64,000 bases of DNA from Chloroflexota bacterium (GCA_965221905.1 OZ244922.1:3136001-3200000), one strand, 5' to 3'; shown: positions 51,670 to 64,000, counted from the stretch's first letter. Notes: a model not told the origin generated them from the letters alone. Translations and numbers: made by a program.

Positions 51670-52677
51670 ATGCGTGATGCGAAAACCTACCACTTTCCCG
51701 CTACGCTGTTCGATCCGGAGACTGCGCACGTTGTGCTGGAGCCGCTGGAGGCGGGGAACGGTCATTGGGTCGGCGCGCCTTGTGTAATCTACCTCCCTGA
51801 CGAAAAGGCGTTCTATCTCTACTACCGGCGGCGGCGTCCGCGCGGTCAGGAGCCTGATCGCGGCTTTGCGTGCTTCGTGACGCGCAGTGAGGATGGTAAG
51901 CACTTCGAGACTATCTGGTCGGCGTCCAAGCACGAGTTCGGTGACTCACCCTCCGTTGAGAAAAGCAGCTTGGTGAGGAATGCCGACGGGCGCTTTCTGC
52001 TCTTCGTCTCGTTCGTGGATAGTGCGGATCACCGCTGGCGCATCGACGTGCTGGAAGCCGATACACCGGCGCAGTTCGATCCGGCATCGCGCCGACCGGT
52101 GCTCACGGCGGCGGACATTCACGCTGAAGGTGTGAAAGACCCCTACGTCATCAACGTGGGCGGGCTATGGCACATGATTGCAAGCTATGCGCCCGCTCCC
52201 GTCTTGGTAGATGACCCGGCGCGTGAAGCGATGCATGCCACAGCCGACGTCTATAACACCGGCATTGCAAAGTCGAGCACGGGCCTGGCGGTGAGCGCCG
52301 ACGGCCGGAACTGGGAGTGGCAGGGCGACATCTTTGCACCCCGCGACCGGGGCTGGGATAGCTACTGCAGCCGCATCTCTTCCCTCGTGCGGGTGGGCCA
52401 GCAGTGGCTCGCGTTCTACGACGGTTCAGCCGATGTCTCGCAGAACTACGAGGAGCAAAGCGGCTTGGCGCTGTCCGCCGACGTTCGCAACTTTGTTCGT
52501 CTGAGCGTGAACGGGCCGGTGGTGCAATCGCGCGGCGGCTCACGTTCGGTGCGCTATGTAGACGTGGTGCCGGTGGGAGAAAAACTCTACTTCTATTACG
52601 AGTGCGCCCGCGCCGACGGTGCCCATGATCTTCGGCTGAGTATCCTGCCGCGCGATGTCTTCTGCCCCAAATGCTAG
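51670..52677 (+). CDS. Five-bladed beta-propeller glycoside-hydrolase-like protein
   Basis: GAP, Asp-box-like SEDG/SADG, KDP and RY motifs. Confidence 0.65.
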   Translation: MRDAKTYHFPATLFDPETAHVVLEPLEAGNGHWVGAPCVIYLPDEKAFYLYYRRRRPRGQEPDRGFACFVTRSEDGKHFETIWSASKHEFGDSPSVEKSSLVRNADGRFLLFVSFVDSADHRWRIDVLEADTPAQFDPASRRPVLTAADIHAEGVKDPYVINVGGLWHMIASYAPAPVLVDDPAREAMHATADVYNTGIAKSSTGLAVSADGRNWEWQGDIFAPRDRGWDSYCSRISSLVRVGQQWLAFYDGSADVSQNYEEQSGLALSADVRNFVRLSVNGPVVQSRGGSRSVRYVDVVPVGEKLYFYYECARADGAHDLRLSILPRDVFCPKC

Positions 52678-52720
52678 AAGGCCAGACGGACTCCGTCACA
52701 CCGGACTCGCTGCGACGACA

Positions 52721-52752
52721 GCGTAGGGGCACGACATGTCGTGCCCCTACGC
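52721..52752. repeat. Perfect 32-bp GTAG-type REP palindrome (family C)
   Basis: GCGTAGGGGCACGACATGTCGTGCCCCTACGC. Confidence 0.85.
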
Positions 52753-52827
52753 GCCATGCATGACTATGCAACCCGCATTCGTTCATCCGTTGTGGGGCGG
52801 AACTAACCGTGCTACTATTTTGAAGCC

Positions 52828-53310
52828 ATGAATTCAGTTCCAATTTGGCGCTACATTGCCGTGGGCGTTGCCGGCGGTACGCTGTCCGGTCTCGCCGGTG
52901 TGGGCGGTGGTGTCGTTATCGTTCCCTTGATTACTGCCTACCTGGCTTTATCGCAGCGCCAGGCCCACGCGGTTAGCCTGGGCGCCATCGTGCCCACGGC
53001 GATTGCCTCTGCCTTAATCTATTCCTTGTGGCCCCGTGACGAGCCGCCTGGCAACGAAGTGCCAGCGTACATTGCCGGGGCCGGTTTCATGATCAGCGCC
53101 GTCATCGCGGCTCCGATCGGCGTGCGCATCTCACACCGCATCAATCAAAAGCAATTGCGCCGTCTCTTTGCCATCTTGCTCACGGCGGTCGGTCTCCGCA
53201 TGTTCTTGCAGCACCCGATGATCGGCAATGCGATCTTGATTGCCGGCCTCGTCTTGATGGTAATCATGGCGATTTGGAGCCTGGTATTGCAACGGGAGGA
53301 GACGGAATGA
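52828..53310 (+). CDS. Half-size TauE/SafE (TSUP) membrane transporter
   Basis: G.LSGLAGVGGG..IVP, A.A.SL; about 4-5 TM helices. Confidence 0.85.
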   Translation: MNSVPIWRYIAVGVAGGTLSGLAGVGGGVVIVPLITAYLALSQRQAHAVSLGAIVPTAIASALIYSLWPRDEPPGNEVPAYIAGAGFMISAVIAAPIGVRISHRINQKQLRRLFAILLTAVGLRMFLQHPMIGNAILIAGLVLMVIMAIWSLVLQREETE

Positions 53311-53750
53311 CCCTCGACCCCGAAATCGGCGTATTCCTCTTAAGTCTCTTCATTGGCTTTGGGGTCGGTCTGGTGAGCGGCACCATGGGGGTGGGCGGCG
53401 GTATCATCATGGTACCGGCGGCCGTACTTATTCTGGGATACGGCCAGCACATCGGACAGGGTATTTCGCTGGTAGTGATGATTCCCACCACGCTGGCCGG
53501 CGCCATAACCCACTACCGCATGAAGAACCTGGAACTGAGGCCCGTGCTGCTCATCGCGATTGGCGCGGTTGCCGCCGGATTGTTGGCTGCTCTAGTTGCG
53601 CAACAGCTCTCGCAGGCAACGCTGCAGCGCGTCTTCAGTATCTGGGTGCTCTATTCCGCCATCCGCGCCTGGGGTGTCAATGACTGGATAATGCGCCGCT
53701 TCTTCGCTCGTGCGCCTGAGGAAACCCCTGAAGAACCCCCGGAAGAGTGA
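53307..53750 (+). CDS. Second half-size TauE/SafE (TSUP) membrane transporter
   Basis: GLVSGTMGVGGG..MVP, QGISL; ATGA overlap with the upstream gene and GGAGG RBS. Confidence 0.85.
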   Translation: MTLDPEIGVFLLSLFIGFGVGLVSGTMGVGGGIIMVPAAVLILGYGQHIGQGISLVVMIPTTLAGAITHYRMKNLELRPVLLIAIGAVAAGLLAALVAQQLSQATLQRVFSIWVLYSAIRAWGVNDWIMRRFFARAPEETPEEPPEE

Positions 53751-53813
53751 GCAGTGAGAACGCACAGGGTGGCGCATAGAGCACTCTCTTGATGCGGCTC
53801 GCGCCTACTTCAA

Positions 53814-53897
53814 CGTTCGCCCTGAGCTTGTCGAAGGGTGACACGTGCAAACACACCGCTCTTGCCGTTCATGCTTCGACAAGCTCAGCACGAACGG
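53814..53897. repeat. REP family A inverted doublet
   Basis: CGTTCGCCCTGAGCTTGTCGAAG ... CTTCGACAAGCTCAGCACGAACGG. Confidence 0.8.
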
Positions 53898-54011
53898 GTT
53901 GGGTAGTCTCAGCCCCGTTGCAATCGGTACTACTTCGAAAAAACGCTTTACTGGGCGGAATGTTGTCCAGCAAGGCAAAAAGAAGAAGATAGCCCTGCCC
54001 TATTTAGGAGC

Positions 54012-54851
54012 TTACTCAAGCCCCAGCAGCGTCAGGCTCTCCCGGTGAATGATCTCCTCGATTACGTTGTCCGGTACACGCGGCAGCGCCGTGCCTGCCA
54101 CGAGCGCGTTCGCGTTGCGTAGCCCGGCCATCGTGTCGGCGGCACTGAAGAGCGGGAAGTCCGTGCCGAAGAGCACCTTATGCGCCGCGCCGTATTCAAC
54201 GGCGGTCATGAGGGCGTTATAAAACTGCCAGGGACGGGGGTAAAGGCCGCTGATGTCGGTGTAGACATTGGGGTGCTTGCGCACTACCGAGACCGTTTCC
54301 CCGATCCCGGGGTGCCCCATATGCGCCACGATGATCTTCAGGTCCGGGAAGCGAATCGCGACCTCATCCACCTGCCAGGGTTGGGCAAACCTGAGCGGCG
54401 CTTTGCGGACGAATGTCGTCCCTTGGTGCCACATGATGGGAATGCTTAGCGCGTCGGCTTTGGCGAACATGGCGAGCGCTCCATTGGAAAGCGGGTCGTA
54501 TCCCTGGTAGATGGGGCCGATCTTGAGGCCGCGCAGCCCGAGCTGCTTGACCGCATGCTCTAGCTGGTCGGGCGCTGCCGGATCGTTGGCGTCAACGCTG
54601 GCAAAACCGATCACGTTCCCGCCGGCTCCGCGCACGTAGTCAGCCACGTATTCATTGGGCACAACGATACCGCTATACCGGGCGTTGAGCGGAAAGACGA
54701 TGATGGCGTCTACGCCGGCGACGGCTTGCCGGTGCACCTCAGGCGGCGCGTGAATGGTGTGGTCTTTCCACGATGCATCGAGATCGGCCTTGAACTCGTC
54801 GCTAAGGTGTAGCGACGAATCTACCATGTGCGAGTGTACGTCTACAATCAT
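54012..54851 (-). CDS. Amidohydrolase family protein (Amidohydro_2)
   Basis: DVHSH, WHQG, AHMG and LFGTDFP. Confidence 0.9.
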   Translation of the reverse strand: MIVDVHSHMVDSSLHLSDEFKADLDASWKDHTIHAPPEVHRQAVAGVDAIIVFPLNARYSGIVVPNEYVADYVRGAGGNVIGFASVDANDPAAPDQLEHAVKQLGLRGLKIGPIYQGYDPLSNGALAMFAKADALSIPIMWHQGTTFVRKAPLRFAQPWQVDEVAIRFPDLKIIVAHMGHPGIGETVSVVRKHPNVYTDISGLYPRPWQFYNALMTAVEYGAAHKVLFGTDFPLFSAADTMAGLRNANALVAGTALPRVPDNVIEEIIHRESLTLLGLE

Positions 54852-54972
54852 GCTACCTACCATTCTCAAGTGTGGCGACGTGTGTGCGTGTCCGCTGCTT
54901 ACGTAGCACTAGAATACCACGCGCTAGGAAGCGATACGCAGGAGAGATTGCCTGGTTAGTCGTAGCCGAGGC

Positions 54973-55001
54973 TTGAAAACGAGGGCGCTACAACGTAGTA
55001 T
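54973..55001 (+). promoter_or_regulatory. Sigma70-type promoter upstream of argS
   Basis: TTGAAA-17 nt-TAGTAT. Confidence 0.55.
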
Positions 55002-55138
55002 GGAGATTACAGATAGCGGCCACCAAGCGGTCGCTTTCTTAATTTGGCACCGTCGACTCTGAACGGACGGCAACGGTCCCGCACGAGAGAGTCGTTACCA
55101 AGCCGTCGCGCGATTATGAGCAGGATTCAACTCAATTC

Positions 55139-56806
55139 ATGAACAGAGAATCGGCACGGACGCACATTTGCGGGCTCCTGGTGCAAGCACTCGGCGTGGC
55201 GCAGCAGCAGAATAAGCTGCCGCCGCTGGCGAATACCGACGTGACCGTTGAGTACGCCCCGCCGGAGAAGGCCGACTACGCGTCAAATCTCGCTTTGCGT
55301 CTCTCACGCGCCGTGCGCATGCCGCCCATGCAAGTTGCCGAGGTGATTGTGGCGGCGCTGCCGGAGAGCCCATACCTTGGAGAGATCAACGCGGCCCCGC
55401 CGGGGTTCATCAACTTCCATCTGGATGAGACGTGGCTGGCGCGGCAGGTACAGGAAATCGTGGATCTGGGTGAAGCCTACGGCAACTGCGACGTGGGGGC
55501 CGGCGCTGCGCTTCAGATCGAGTTTGGCAGCGCCAATCCTACCGGCCCGCTGACTATTGGCAGCGGACGCAACATCGTGCTTGGCGACACGCTGGCGCGC
55601 GTGCTGGAGGCTGCGAACTACGCCGTGCAGCGGGAGTACTACGTGAACGACGTTGGCAGCCAGATGGATACCTTTGCCCGTACGCTGCTGGCGCGCTACC
55701 AACAACTACACGGCACCGATGCCCACGTGCCTCCCGACGGCTACGCCGGAGAGTACATGGTGGACCTTGCCGCTCAGATCAATGAAGAATTGGGAAACGC
55801 CCTGCTCCAGTTGCCGGAGGGCGAGGCACTACAGAAGCTGCACGAGCGCGGCCTTGTCCTCATGTTGGCATCGATTCGCGAGGATTGTGCGCTGATGGGT
55901 GTGCAGTTCGACGAGTGGCTCTCCCAAGCCTGGTTGGAAGATGAAGGCCGGGTTCAAGCAGCCATCGATACGCTGCGCGAACACGGGCGCGTGGCCGAGC
56001 GGGAAGGCGCGACCTGGTTCGTTTCGAGCGACGTCGACGAAGACAAAGATAACGTGCTCGTGCGCAGCAACGGCGAACCCACGTACTTTGCCGCCGATAT
56101 CGCCTACCATGCCTACAAGCTGGAACGGGGCTACACCAGTCTCATCGACGTTTGGGGCGCGGACCATCACGGCCACGCGCCGCGTGTAAAAGCGTCGCTG
56201 GCGGCCCTCGGGCACGACCCGGAACAGCTTACGATCCTCCTCTATCAGCTTGTGCGGGTGATACGGGGCGGTGAAGAGGTGCGCATGTCCAAGCGCACCG
56301 GTGACGTAGTAACCGTGCGTGAGGTGGTCGAAGAGGTAGGGGTAGACGCGAGCCGCTACTTCCTGGTCGCGCGGTCGCCGGATACCGCCATGACCTTCGA
56401 CCTGGACTTGGCGCAGGAGCAGTCGGACGAGAATCCGGTGTACTACATCCAGTATGCCCACGCGCGCACGGCGAGTATTTTAAAACGCGCGCGGCAAGAC
56501 GGCATCGATCTTGGTGGCGCCGACCTCGACCTCTTGCAGCATCCGGCGGAGATTGCACTGCTGCGCCTGATGATTCGCTTACCGGAACTCGTAGAAGACG
56601 TCGCCATGCAGCATGCGCCGCACCGGCTGGCGTTCTTTGCCCAAGAGTTGGCGGCGCTCTTCCACGCCTTCTATCGCGATTGCCGCGTGATAGACTCCGA
56701 CAACCTGGCACTCTCGCATGCCCGCCTGCAACTCGTGCTTGCAGCCAAGCTTGTGCTGGCGCGCTGCCTGAGCTTGATGGGAATGTCCGCCCCGGACCAC
56801 ATGTAG
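55139..56806 (+). CDS. argS: Arginine--tRNA ligase
   Basis: EFGSANPTGP, EYYVND, TYFAADIAYH, MSKR.G and YIQYAHAR. Confidence 0.97.
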   Translation: MNRESARTHICGLLVQALGVAQQQNKLPPLANTDVTVEYAPPEKADYASNLALRLSRAVRMPPMQVAEVIVAALPESPYLGEINAAPPGFINFHLDETWLARQVQEIVDLGEAYGNCDVGAGAALQIEFGSANPTGPLTIGSGRNIVLGDTLARVLEAANYAVQREYYVNDVGSQMDTFARTLLARYQQLHGTDAHVPPDGYAGEYMVDLAAQINEELGNALLQLPEGEALQKLHERGLVLMLASIREDCALMGVQFDEWLSQAWLEDEGRVQAAIDTLREHGRVAEREGATWFVSSDVDEDKDNVLVRSNGEPTYFAADIAYHAYKLERGYTSLIDVWGADHHGHAPRVKASLAALGHDPEQLTILLYQLVRVIRGGEEVRMSKRTGDVVTVREVVEEVGVDASRYFLVARSPDTAMTFDLDLAQEQSDENPVYYIQYAHARTASILKRARQDGIDLGGADLDLLQHPAEIALLRLMIRLPELVEDVAMQHAPHRLAFFAQELAALFHAFYRDCRVIDSDNLALSHARLQLVLAAKLVLARCLSLMGMSAPDHM

Positions 56807-56960
56807 GTTTTCAAGTAAGCCACCGCTGACGCCCTTTCTCTTTGCAGCTTCTCGCAGGGTATCTTTCTTGCTCTTGGACATCTGTGAGTGCCGAGTTGTG
56901 AGACGGTTCGGCAGTGCCTTTCGATTTTTCTTCAGAGAGAGTGCCATCCCGCACTTTCAT

Positions 56961-57104
56961 CCGTTCACCCTAAGCGCCAAACCCGTTCACCCTAAGCTTG
57001 CCTGTCCTGAGCTTGTCGAAGGGTCGAAGGGCAAAGCGTGGCGGTACCTTAGCCGCAGTACGTACGCACTAACGTTCATGCTTCGACAGGCTCAGCACGA
57101 ACGG
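56961..57104. repeat. REP family A doublet with internal partial duplications
   Basis: CCGTTCACCCTAAGC twice, then CCTGAGCTTGTCGAAGGGTCGAAGGG ... CTTCGACAGGCTCAGCACGAACGG. Confidence 0.75.
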
Positions 57105-57213
57105 AAAGATGAGCGTGCATATTGGAATGCGAATTAATGGCTCTCTTGCCGTAGGACAGAGACTAATCCCACGCTTCGTGGCGTGAAAAGCAAACACCAT
57201 CTCAGGCAAGATC

Positions 57214-58356
57214 TTAGGCGACCTCCTCGAGCACGGCGGCCACGTGCCAAAAGAGATTCCACACCTCGCGCACGAAGATGAGCCGGTTGGCGTCATTCGT
57301 GGGATAGAGGTGCGCAAAGAGGACAAATGACCGAAACACCACGGTCGTGTGTTCTTTGGCAGCCTCCGCAAGGAGAAGAGACTCACTAAAAGGCAGGTAG
57401 GCGTCGGCGTGGTCGTGGGCGACGTACAGCCGAGCGCGCACGTCCTGCATGGCGGCAGAGGGCGAAATTTCTTGCAGCCAACCCACGAGCGCCGGATCCC
57501 TCGCCAGAATCTGCTGGGTGCGGTGGGGGTCTTTATTCTCGTAGAGAGCGAGCAGGGTTCGACCTCGCTGTGAAAGCCTTTTCGGCGGCTCACCCTCGCC
57601 CGCGAGCGCGACACGGAGCTGCGCTCGTTCAGTCTCATTCTCAACGGTAGCCAGCAGCGCATTCTGAAACAGGCTGGAGGCAAGCGGGTCCGGTACCCAA
57701 GATTCAGTCTTGCCACGCACGACCACTTGCTGCGTGGTCACCGCACTGAGCACACTTGCCGCGTCGAAATAGCCCCCAAAGCTATGCACAAACGCCACGT
57801 CGTCGCGGACTCGGGGATCTGCCGCCGCCCGCAGCGCCAGGCCCGCCCCCACCGAAAACCCCAGAATGCCGATGCGCTCGCGGTCAACCTCCGACCGTTC
57901 CCGCAAGTGAAGTAGCGCCTGTACGATACCCTCGATCTCAATGGGGTCGATAATGCCCGCTTCCATACGGTGCGATTGGTGGACGAGTACCACCATGCCT
58001 TGTCGCGCCAAACCGCGCACGAGCGCCTGAGCATATGGATCGTCCGCCGGGGACGCGATACCCAAGTAAATGAGAATCGCGCCATACGGGCCTTCGCCCT
58101 CCGGCAAATAGAGATCGCCAACTAACGCTGAGTCTGTGCCGCTGTACACGGTTCGTTCTTGGCGAATGGGATTGCCAATGGTCTCAAGCGGCTTGATGGG
58201 AATCTGCGGCAGCACTTCGGTAAGCAGCAGCGCCGACTTCAAAATGGAGCGCTCCTGAGCAGCGCTAAGACAGCTAGTGAGTAACAGGCCGAAGACCAGC
58301 AGGAGGAGGATAGATGGACGGAGAATTCGCATCGGATTGATCGGCATCGCTTGCAA
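57214..58356 (-). CDS. Alpha/beta hydrolase-fold probable lipoprotein
   Basis: LLTSC lipobox-like motif; RIGILGFSVGAG nucleophile elbow. Confidence 0.7.
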   Translation of the reverse strand: MQAMPINPMRILRPSILLLLVFGLLLTSCLSAAQERSILKSALLLTEVLPQIPIKPLETIGNPIRQERTVYSGTDSALVGDLYLPEGEGPYGAILIYLGIASPADDPYAQALVRGLARQGMVVLVHQSHRMEAGIIDPIEIEGIVQALLHLRERSEVDRERIGILGFSVGAGLALRAAADPRVRDDVAFVHSFGGYFDAASVLSAVTTQQVVVRGKTESWVPDPLASSLFQNALLATVENETERAQLRVALAGEGEPPKRLSQRGRTLLALYENKDPHRTQQILARDPALVGWLQEISPSAAMQDVRARLYVAHDHADAYLPFSESLLLAEAAKEHTTVVFRSFVLFAHLYPTNDANRLIFVREVWNLFWHVAAVLEEVA

Positions 58357-58657
58357 TCAAGTCTCGAAGGTTGGACTATGATAGCCGTTCCGTCTTCATT
58401 GTATGTCAATCAAAGGCTAGGGGACACACGCGCGATTTGTCAGCGGCCGGAGGCCTTTCCGTTCGGCCTTCGACCCTTCGACAAACTCAGGACAGGCAGG
58501 CTCAGACCGAACGGAACAATGTCCGTCCAGTCGGATGGTGTCGCACGCGTGCCGGCTAAATTCCAATTCTCAGTGCAAACAGAAATCCTAGTCAGGGTGC
58601 TCACCGAATTATGCTGCCTTAGCGTTTGCAAGCGTAGGAGCCGCGGCCCTTCCATAC

Positions 58658-58686
58658 TTGACCGGCAGGGCCTCTTCGCCTATACT
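58658..58686 (+). promoter_or_regulatory. Sigma70 promoter of tRNA-Glu
   Basis: TTGACC-17 nt-TATACT. Confidence 0.75.
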
Positions 58687-58720
58687 CAGATTAAGTTGCC
58701 TGTGTCCTCAAGGCAGGCGT

Positions 58721-58797
58721 GGCGCATTCGTCTAGAGGCCAAGGACACCGCCCTCTCAAGGCGGAGATCACGGGTTCGAATCCCGTATGCGCTACCA
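58721..58797 (+). tRNA. tRNA-Glu(CTC)
   Basis: Cloverleaf; anticodon arm CCGCC-CTCTCAA-GGCGG; encoded CCA. Confidence 0.95.
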
Positions 58798-59005
58798 AAC
58801 AGGGCTTTGTGGGAGCGTAGCATGCGACCCTAGCGGTAGTAAACAATGCCGGTTGACTGGGCATGATTAGACTGGAGAGATTGCTCATGGGCAGTGGGGT
58901 ATTTGAGCCAAAGGAAGACGTGCAAAGAGCTTGATCGGTTTGCGTTGCTGCGTTTGGCTGCATGCGCGGCAATCGCTTGTAAAGACCGCAAAGAGTGCAT
59001 TGGGG

Positions 59006-59040
59006 CCGCTTTCGTCAGGTGATGAGAGCGGGTTTTTTGT
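59006..59040 (+). terminator. Intrinsic terminator between tRNA-Glu and valS
   Basis: CCGCTTTCGTC-AGGT-GATGAGAGCGG followed by GTTTTTTGT. Confidence 0.7.
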
Positions 59041-59103
59041 TGCTCAATAATGAGAGTCTTGACGCGAAACGAATAAGTGATGACGAGAAAGGATAGCGCG
59101 AGG

Positions 59104-61800
<2,697 letters not shown>

Positions 61801-61880
61801 AAATGAGTATCAAGAATCAACAATAACCCGTGGCGGAATTAGTAGATATAGGCTTGAAGCTTTTGCGAGGCAGCGGTTCT

Positions 61881-61972
61881 TGTCATTCCGAGCGTAGCGG
61901 CGAACCAGAGTTCGAGGAATCTAGAAAGCTCCTGACTCTAGATTCCTCGTCGCTGCGCTCCTCGGAATGACA
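61881..61972. repeat. REP family B-like inverted doublet; a related copy lies at 47472-47514
   Basis: TGTCATTCCGAGCG...GAGGAATCTAG ... CTAGATTCCTCG...CTCGGAATGACA. Confidence 0.75.
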
Positions 61973-62096
61973 GTTTGAGAATCTGGCTTTGGCCTGGGTA
62001 CGGCCACGTGTCTTGCATGTGACCCATGTATGCCTAAATCTACTAATTCCCACCCGTGGTTGAATGGACTCTTGATTATCAGACTCAATTTTCAGC

Positions 62097-62203
62097 CTTC
62101 GACAAGCTCAGGCCGAACGTGTTGGGACTGCCGAACGGGGGTCGGGACTGCCGAACGTGTTTGGGGTGCCGAACTGATTGGGAGTGCCGAACGGTTTGGG
62201 AGG
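62097..62203 (+). repeat. REP family A end followed by 5 degenerate 18-20-bp tandem units (GCCGAAC...GGG)
   Basis: GCCGAACGTGTTGGGACT / GCCGAACGGGGGTCGGGACT / GCCGAACGTGTTTGGGGT / GCCGAACTGATTGGGAGT / GCCGAACGGTTTGGGAGG. Confidence 0.75.
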
Positions 62204-62428
62204 ACCAAAGGGGTAGGTGGCAGCTACGAGTAGCCTTTCTCCCCTAAGCCTGGGATAATCTGAATGGTTCGGGCCCATTGCCAGTGCGTTTGGCACAGGT
62301 GGCAAATCTGGGCTACGTTGCGAAGAACATAGTAAATTCAATTGGGCAATAGATACTTTCTTAGCATGTCTGCAACGGACGCAAGAGCATCAATTGCTCC
62401 CAAAAAGAATGAGGATGAGAATCTTTCG

Positions 62429-63145
62429 ATGATTACGTTAGTTTGGAACGACATAGCGGCCACGCAGCTTATCACGGCCGCGCAGGAAGCAAAGCGCTTG
62501 GCGGATGGGGCAACGGATAAGGAAGGGGCACAGAGCTGGGCGCGTGCCGCGATAGCGGCCGCTGTGGCGCTCGACCCCGCTGAATGCGATCTCGCACCCT
62601 TTCAGACGTTCGCCGCTGCCTTGGTCGCCGTGGGCGACGAGCAGCTCGTAAAGGACGCCGCCGAGGCGCTAACAAGACACCCGAAGGCGCTGTTCGCTCT
62701 TGCCGCCGCCGCCCGGGAAAATAAATGGGAAGACCTTGCGAATGTGACAATGGCGCGGTGCCTTGCGCAAACGGGAGCTTCGTCCTGGCCGGACGAGTTT
62801 TCGTATCAGCAAGCTTGGAAGCAGGAGTACGAGGAGCAACTGGTCGGCACATTGCTGAAAGTTTGGAAGAAGCGCGCCTCGCGCACCGTGGCGAAGGACG
62901 CGGTAGCACTCGCTGCGAAGTCCGATGATCTTGACGCCAAGCAGGTAGAAGACTCGCTCAAAGCGCTACTTACACCGGCAGACTTGTGGCCGCGGCCGAT
63001 CCAAAGACGTAGGCCGGCGCGCGGTAGGCAGGCCTCGTCCGGTCGTCCCCGCAGTGGCGGCCGCCGACCGGCAGCCGCTGGTCGTTCCCAGCAGCCTTCC
63101 CGCTCGCAGACGGCGCGGAAGCCTGAAGGCGGCGAGGCAAACTAG
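62429..63145 (+). CDS. Hypothetical helical protein with an Arg-rich disordered tail
   Basis: ORF track 62342-63145; probable ATG at 62429. Confidence 0.6.
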   Translation: MITLVWNDIAATQLITAAQEAKRLADGATDKEGAQSWARAAIAAAVALDPAECDLAPFQTFAAALVAVGDEQLVKDAAEALTRHPKALFALAAAARENKWEDLANVTMARCLAQTGASSWPDEFSYQQAWKQEYEEQLVGTLLKVWKKRASRTVAKDAVALAAKSDDLDAKQVEDSLKALLTPADLWPRPIQRRRPARGRQASSGRPRSGGRRPAAAGRSQQPSRSQTARKPEGGEAN

Positions 63146-63353
63146 CCCTATAGGGCGCATGTTGTGTTCACTTGCGCGGTGGCCGAATGCTGCTCCAGCC
63201 TACACGAGCGGGGACGCCTTCACGCCACCAGCGTTGGTTTCAGACTGACGGTACTTGACGATTCTTAGATTTCAGGAGCGGCACCAGACCTGCTGCTTGG
63301 CTTTGTCACGAATAGCATGATCCCGTCACAGGTCTCAGTCCACTACTTGCCTC

Positions 63354-64000
63354 ATGGCGAATGTCATTACGCTCACCACTGACTTTGGGACTGCCGACGG
63401 GTTCGTGGGCGCGATGAAGGGCGTGATACTGAGCCTGGCGCCCCACGCAACCGTCATAGACATCACACATGGTATCCCGCCACATGACATTCGGGCGGGT
63501 ACGTTTGCGCTCGAGACGGCGCTGCCCTTCTTTCCACAAAACGCAATCCACGTCGTCGTTGTGGACCCGGGCGTGGGCAGTGAGCGCGCGGCCATTCTCG
63601 TCGAGACTGAGCGGGGCCGGTTTCTGGCCCCTGACAACGGGGTGCTGACGAGCGTTGTACCGCACGATAGTTCCGCCCACGTTTACTCACTGGACAAACC
63701 CAATTACTGGCGGCGGCAGGTGAGCGCGACCTTCCACGGGCGCGACGTCTTTGCGCCGGTAGCGGCGCACCTCGTGCGGGGTGTCCGGCCCGCTTTGCTG
63801 GGGACACCGCGTGCCGAAATGGTGCGCCTTCCATGGCCGCAGCCGCACCAGTGCGGAGATGAAATCAGGGGTGAAGTAATCCACGTCGATCGTTTTGGGA
63901 ACTTGATTACGAACGTGCGGTTAGAGGACCTCGGCCCGGAACCCCAGCACGCTCGATTTCGCATTCGTGACAATACGGTGTGCGGCATCACGCCGCACTA
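63354..64000 (+). CDS. SAM hydroxide adenosyltransferase / SAM-dependent halogenase family (DUF62); 3' truncated
   Basis: MANVITLTTDFG, VVDPGVGS.R, PDNG, TFHGRDVFAP and HVDRFGN. Confidence 0.92.
   Translation, partial: MANVITLTTDFGTADGFVGAMKGVILSLAPHATVIDITHGIPPHDIRAGTFALETALPFFPQNAIHVVVVDPGVGSERAAILVETERGRFLAPDNGVLTSVVPHDSSAHVYSLDKPNYWRRQVSATFHGRDVFAPVAAHLVRGVRPALLGTPRAEMVRLPWPQPHQCGDEIRGEVIHVDRFGNLITNVRLEDLGPEPQHARFRIRDNTVCGITPH

Noticed and set aside
62112-62203. Mini CRISPR array
   Set aside because: Units only 18-20 bp, degenerate, no spacers
63354-64000. Fluorinase/chlorinase
   Set aside because: Motifs fit the widespread DUF62 SAM hydrolase; no halometabolite cluster context and the gene is truncated

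Overview
GC-rich bacterial chromosomal window, most likely from a Chloroflexota genome (inferred from gene style, alpha2-type GlyRS, type-2 IleRS and the REP families). The right two thirds is mostly housekeeping: aroE-aroC-aroK-aroB, glmU, a CNNM/CBS protein, recO, glyQS, ileS, miaB, argS, valS, tRNA-Gln and tRNA-Glu, with sugar and redox enzymes in between. The left third is accessory: three secreted proteins sharing one N-terminal domain (two built from a repeated Cys-pair FN3-like module with Pro-Thr linkers, one of them frameshifted), an AT-richer three-gene cassette ending in an ADP-ribosyltransferase-like gene with an internal stop, and a sulfur-relay cluster (Rrf2, moeB, DsrH/TusB-like, JAB protease, larE, YeeE/YedE, TusA/YedF) around tRNA-Pro. 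The strongest new signal is a dual-specificity-phosphatase-fold gene (41651-42115, minus strand) with an in-frame TGA exactly at the catalytic Cys position, followed by a bacterial-SECIS-like hairpin: a candidate selenoprotein that also lacks the P-loop Arg. Also notable: a GlmU with an eroded uridyltransferase domain, a GVHH-motif IleRS, a 318-bp MITE inserted into a REP, and REP ends that appear to seed tandem repeats, one of them inside a NYN-TPR gene. All calls were made by eye; no database searches were run.
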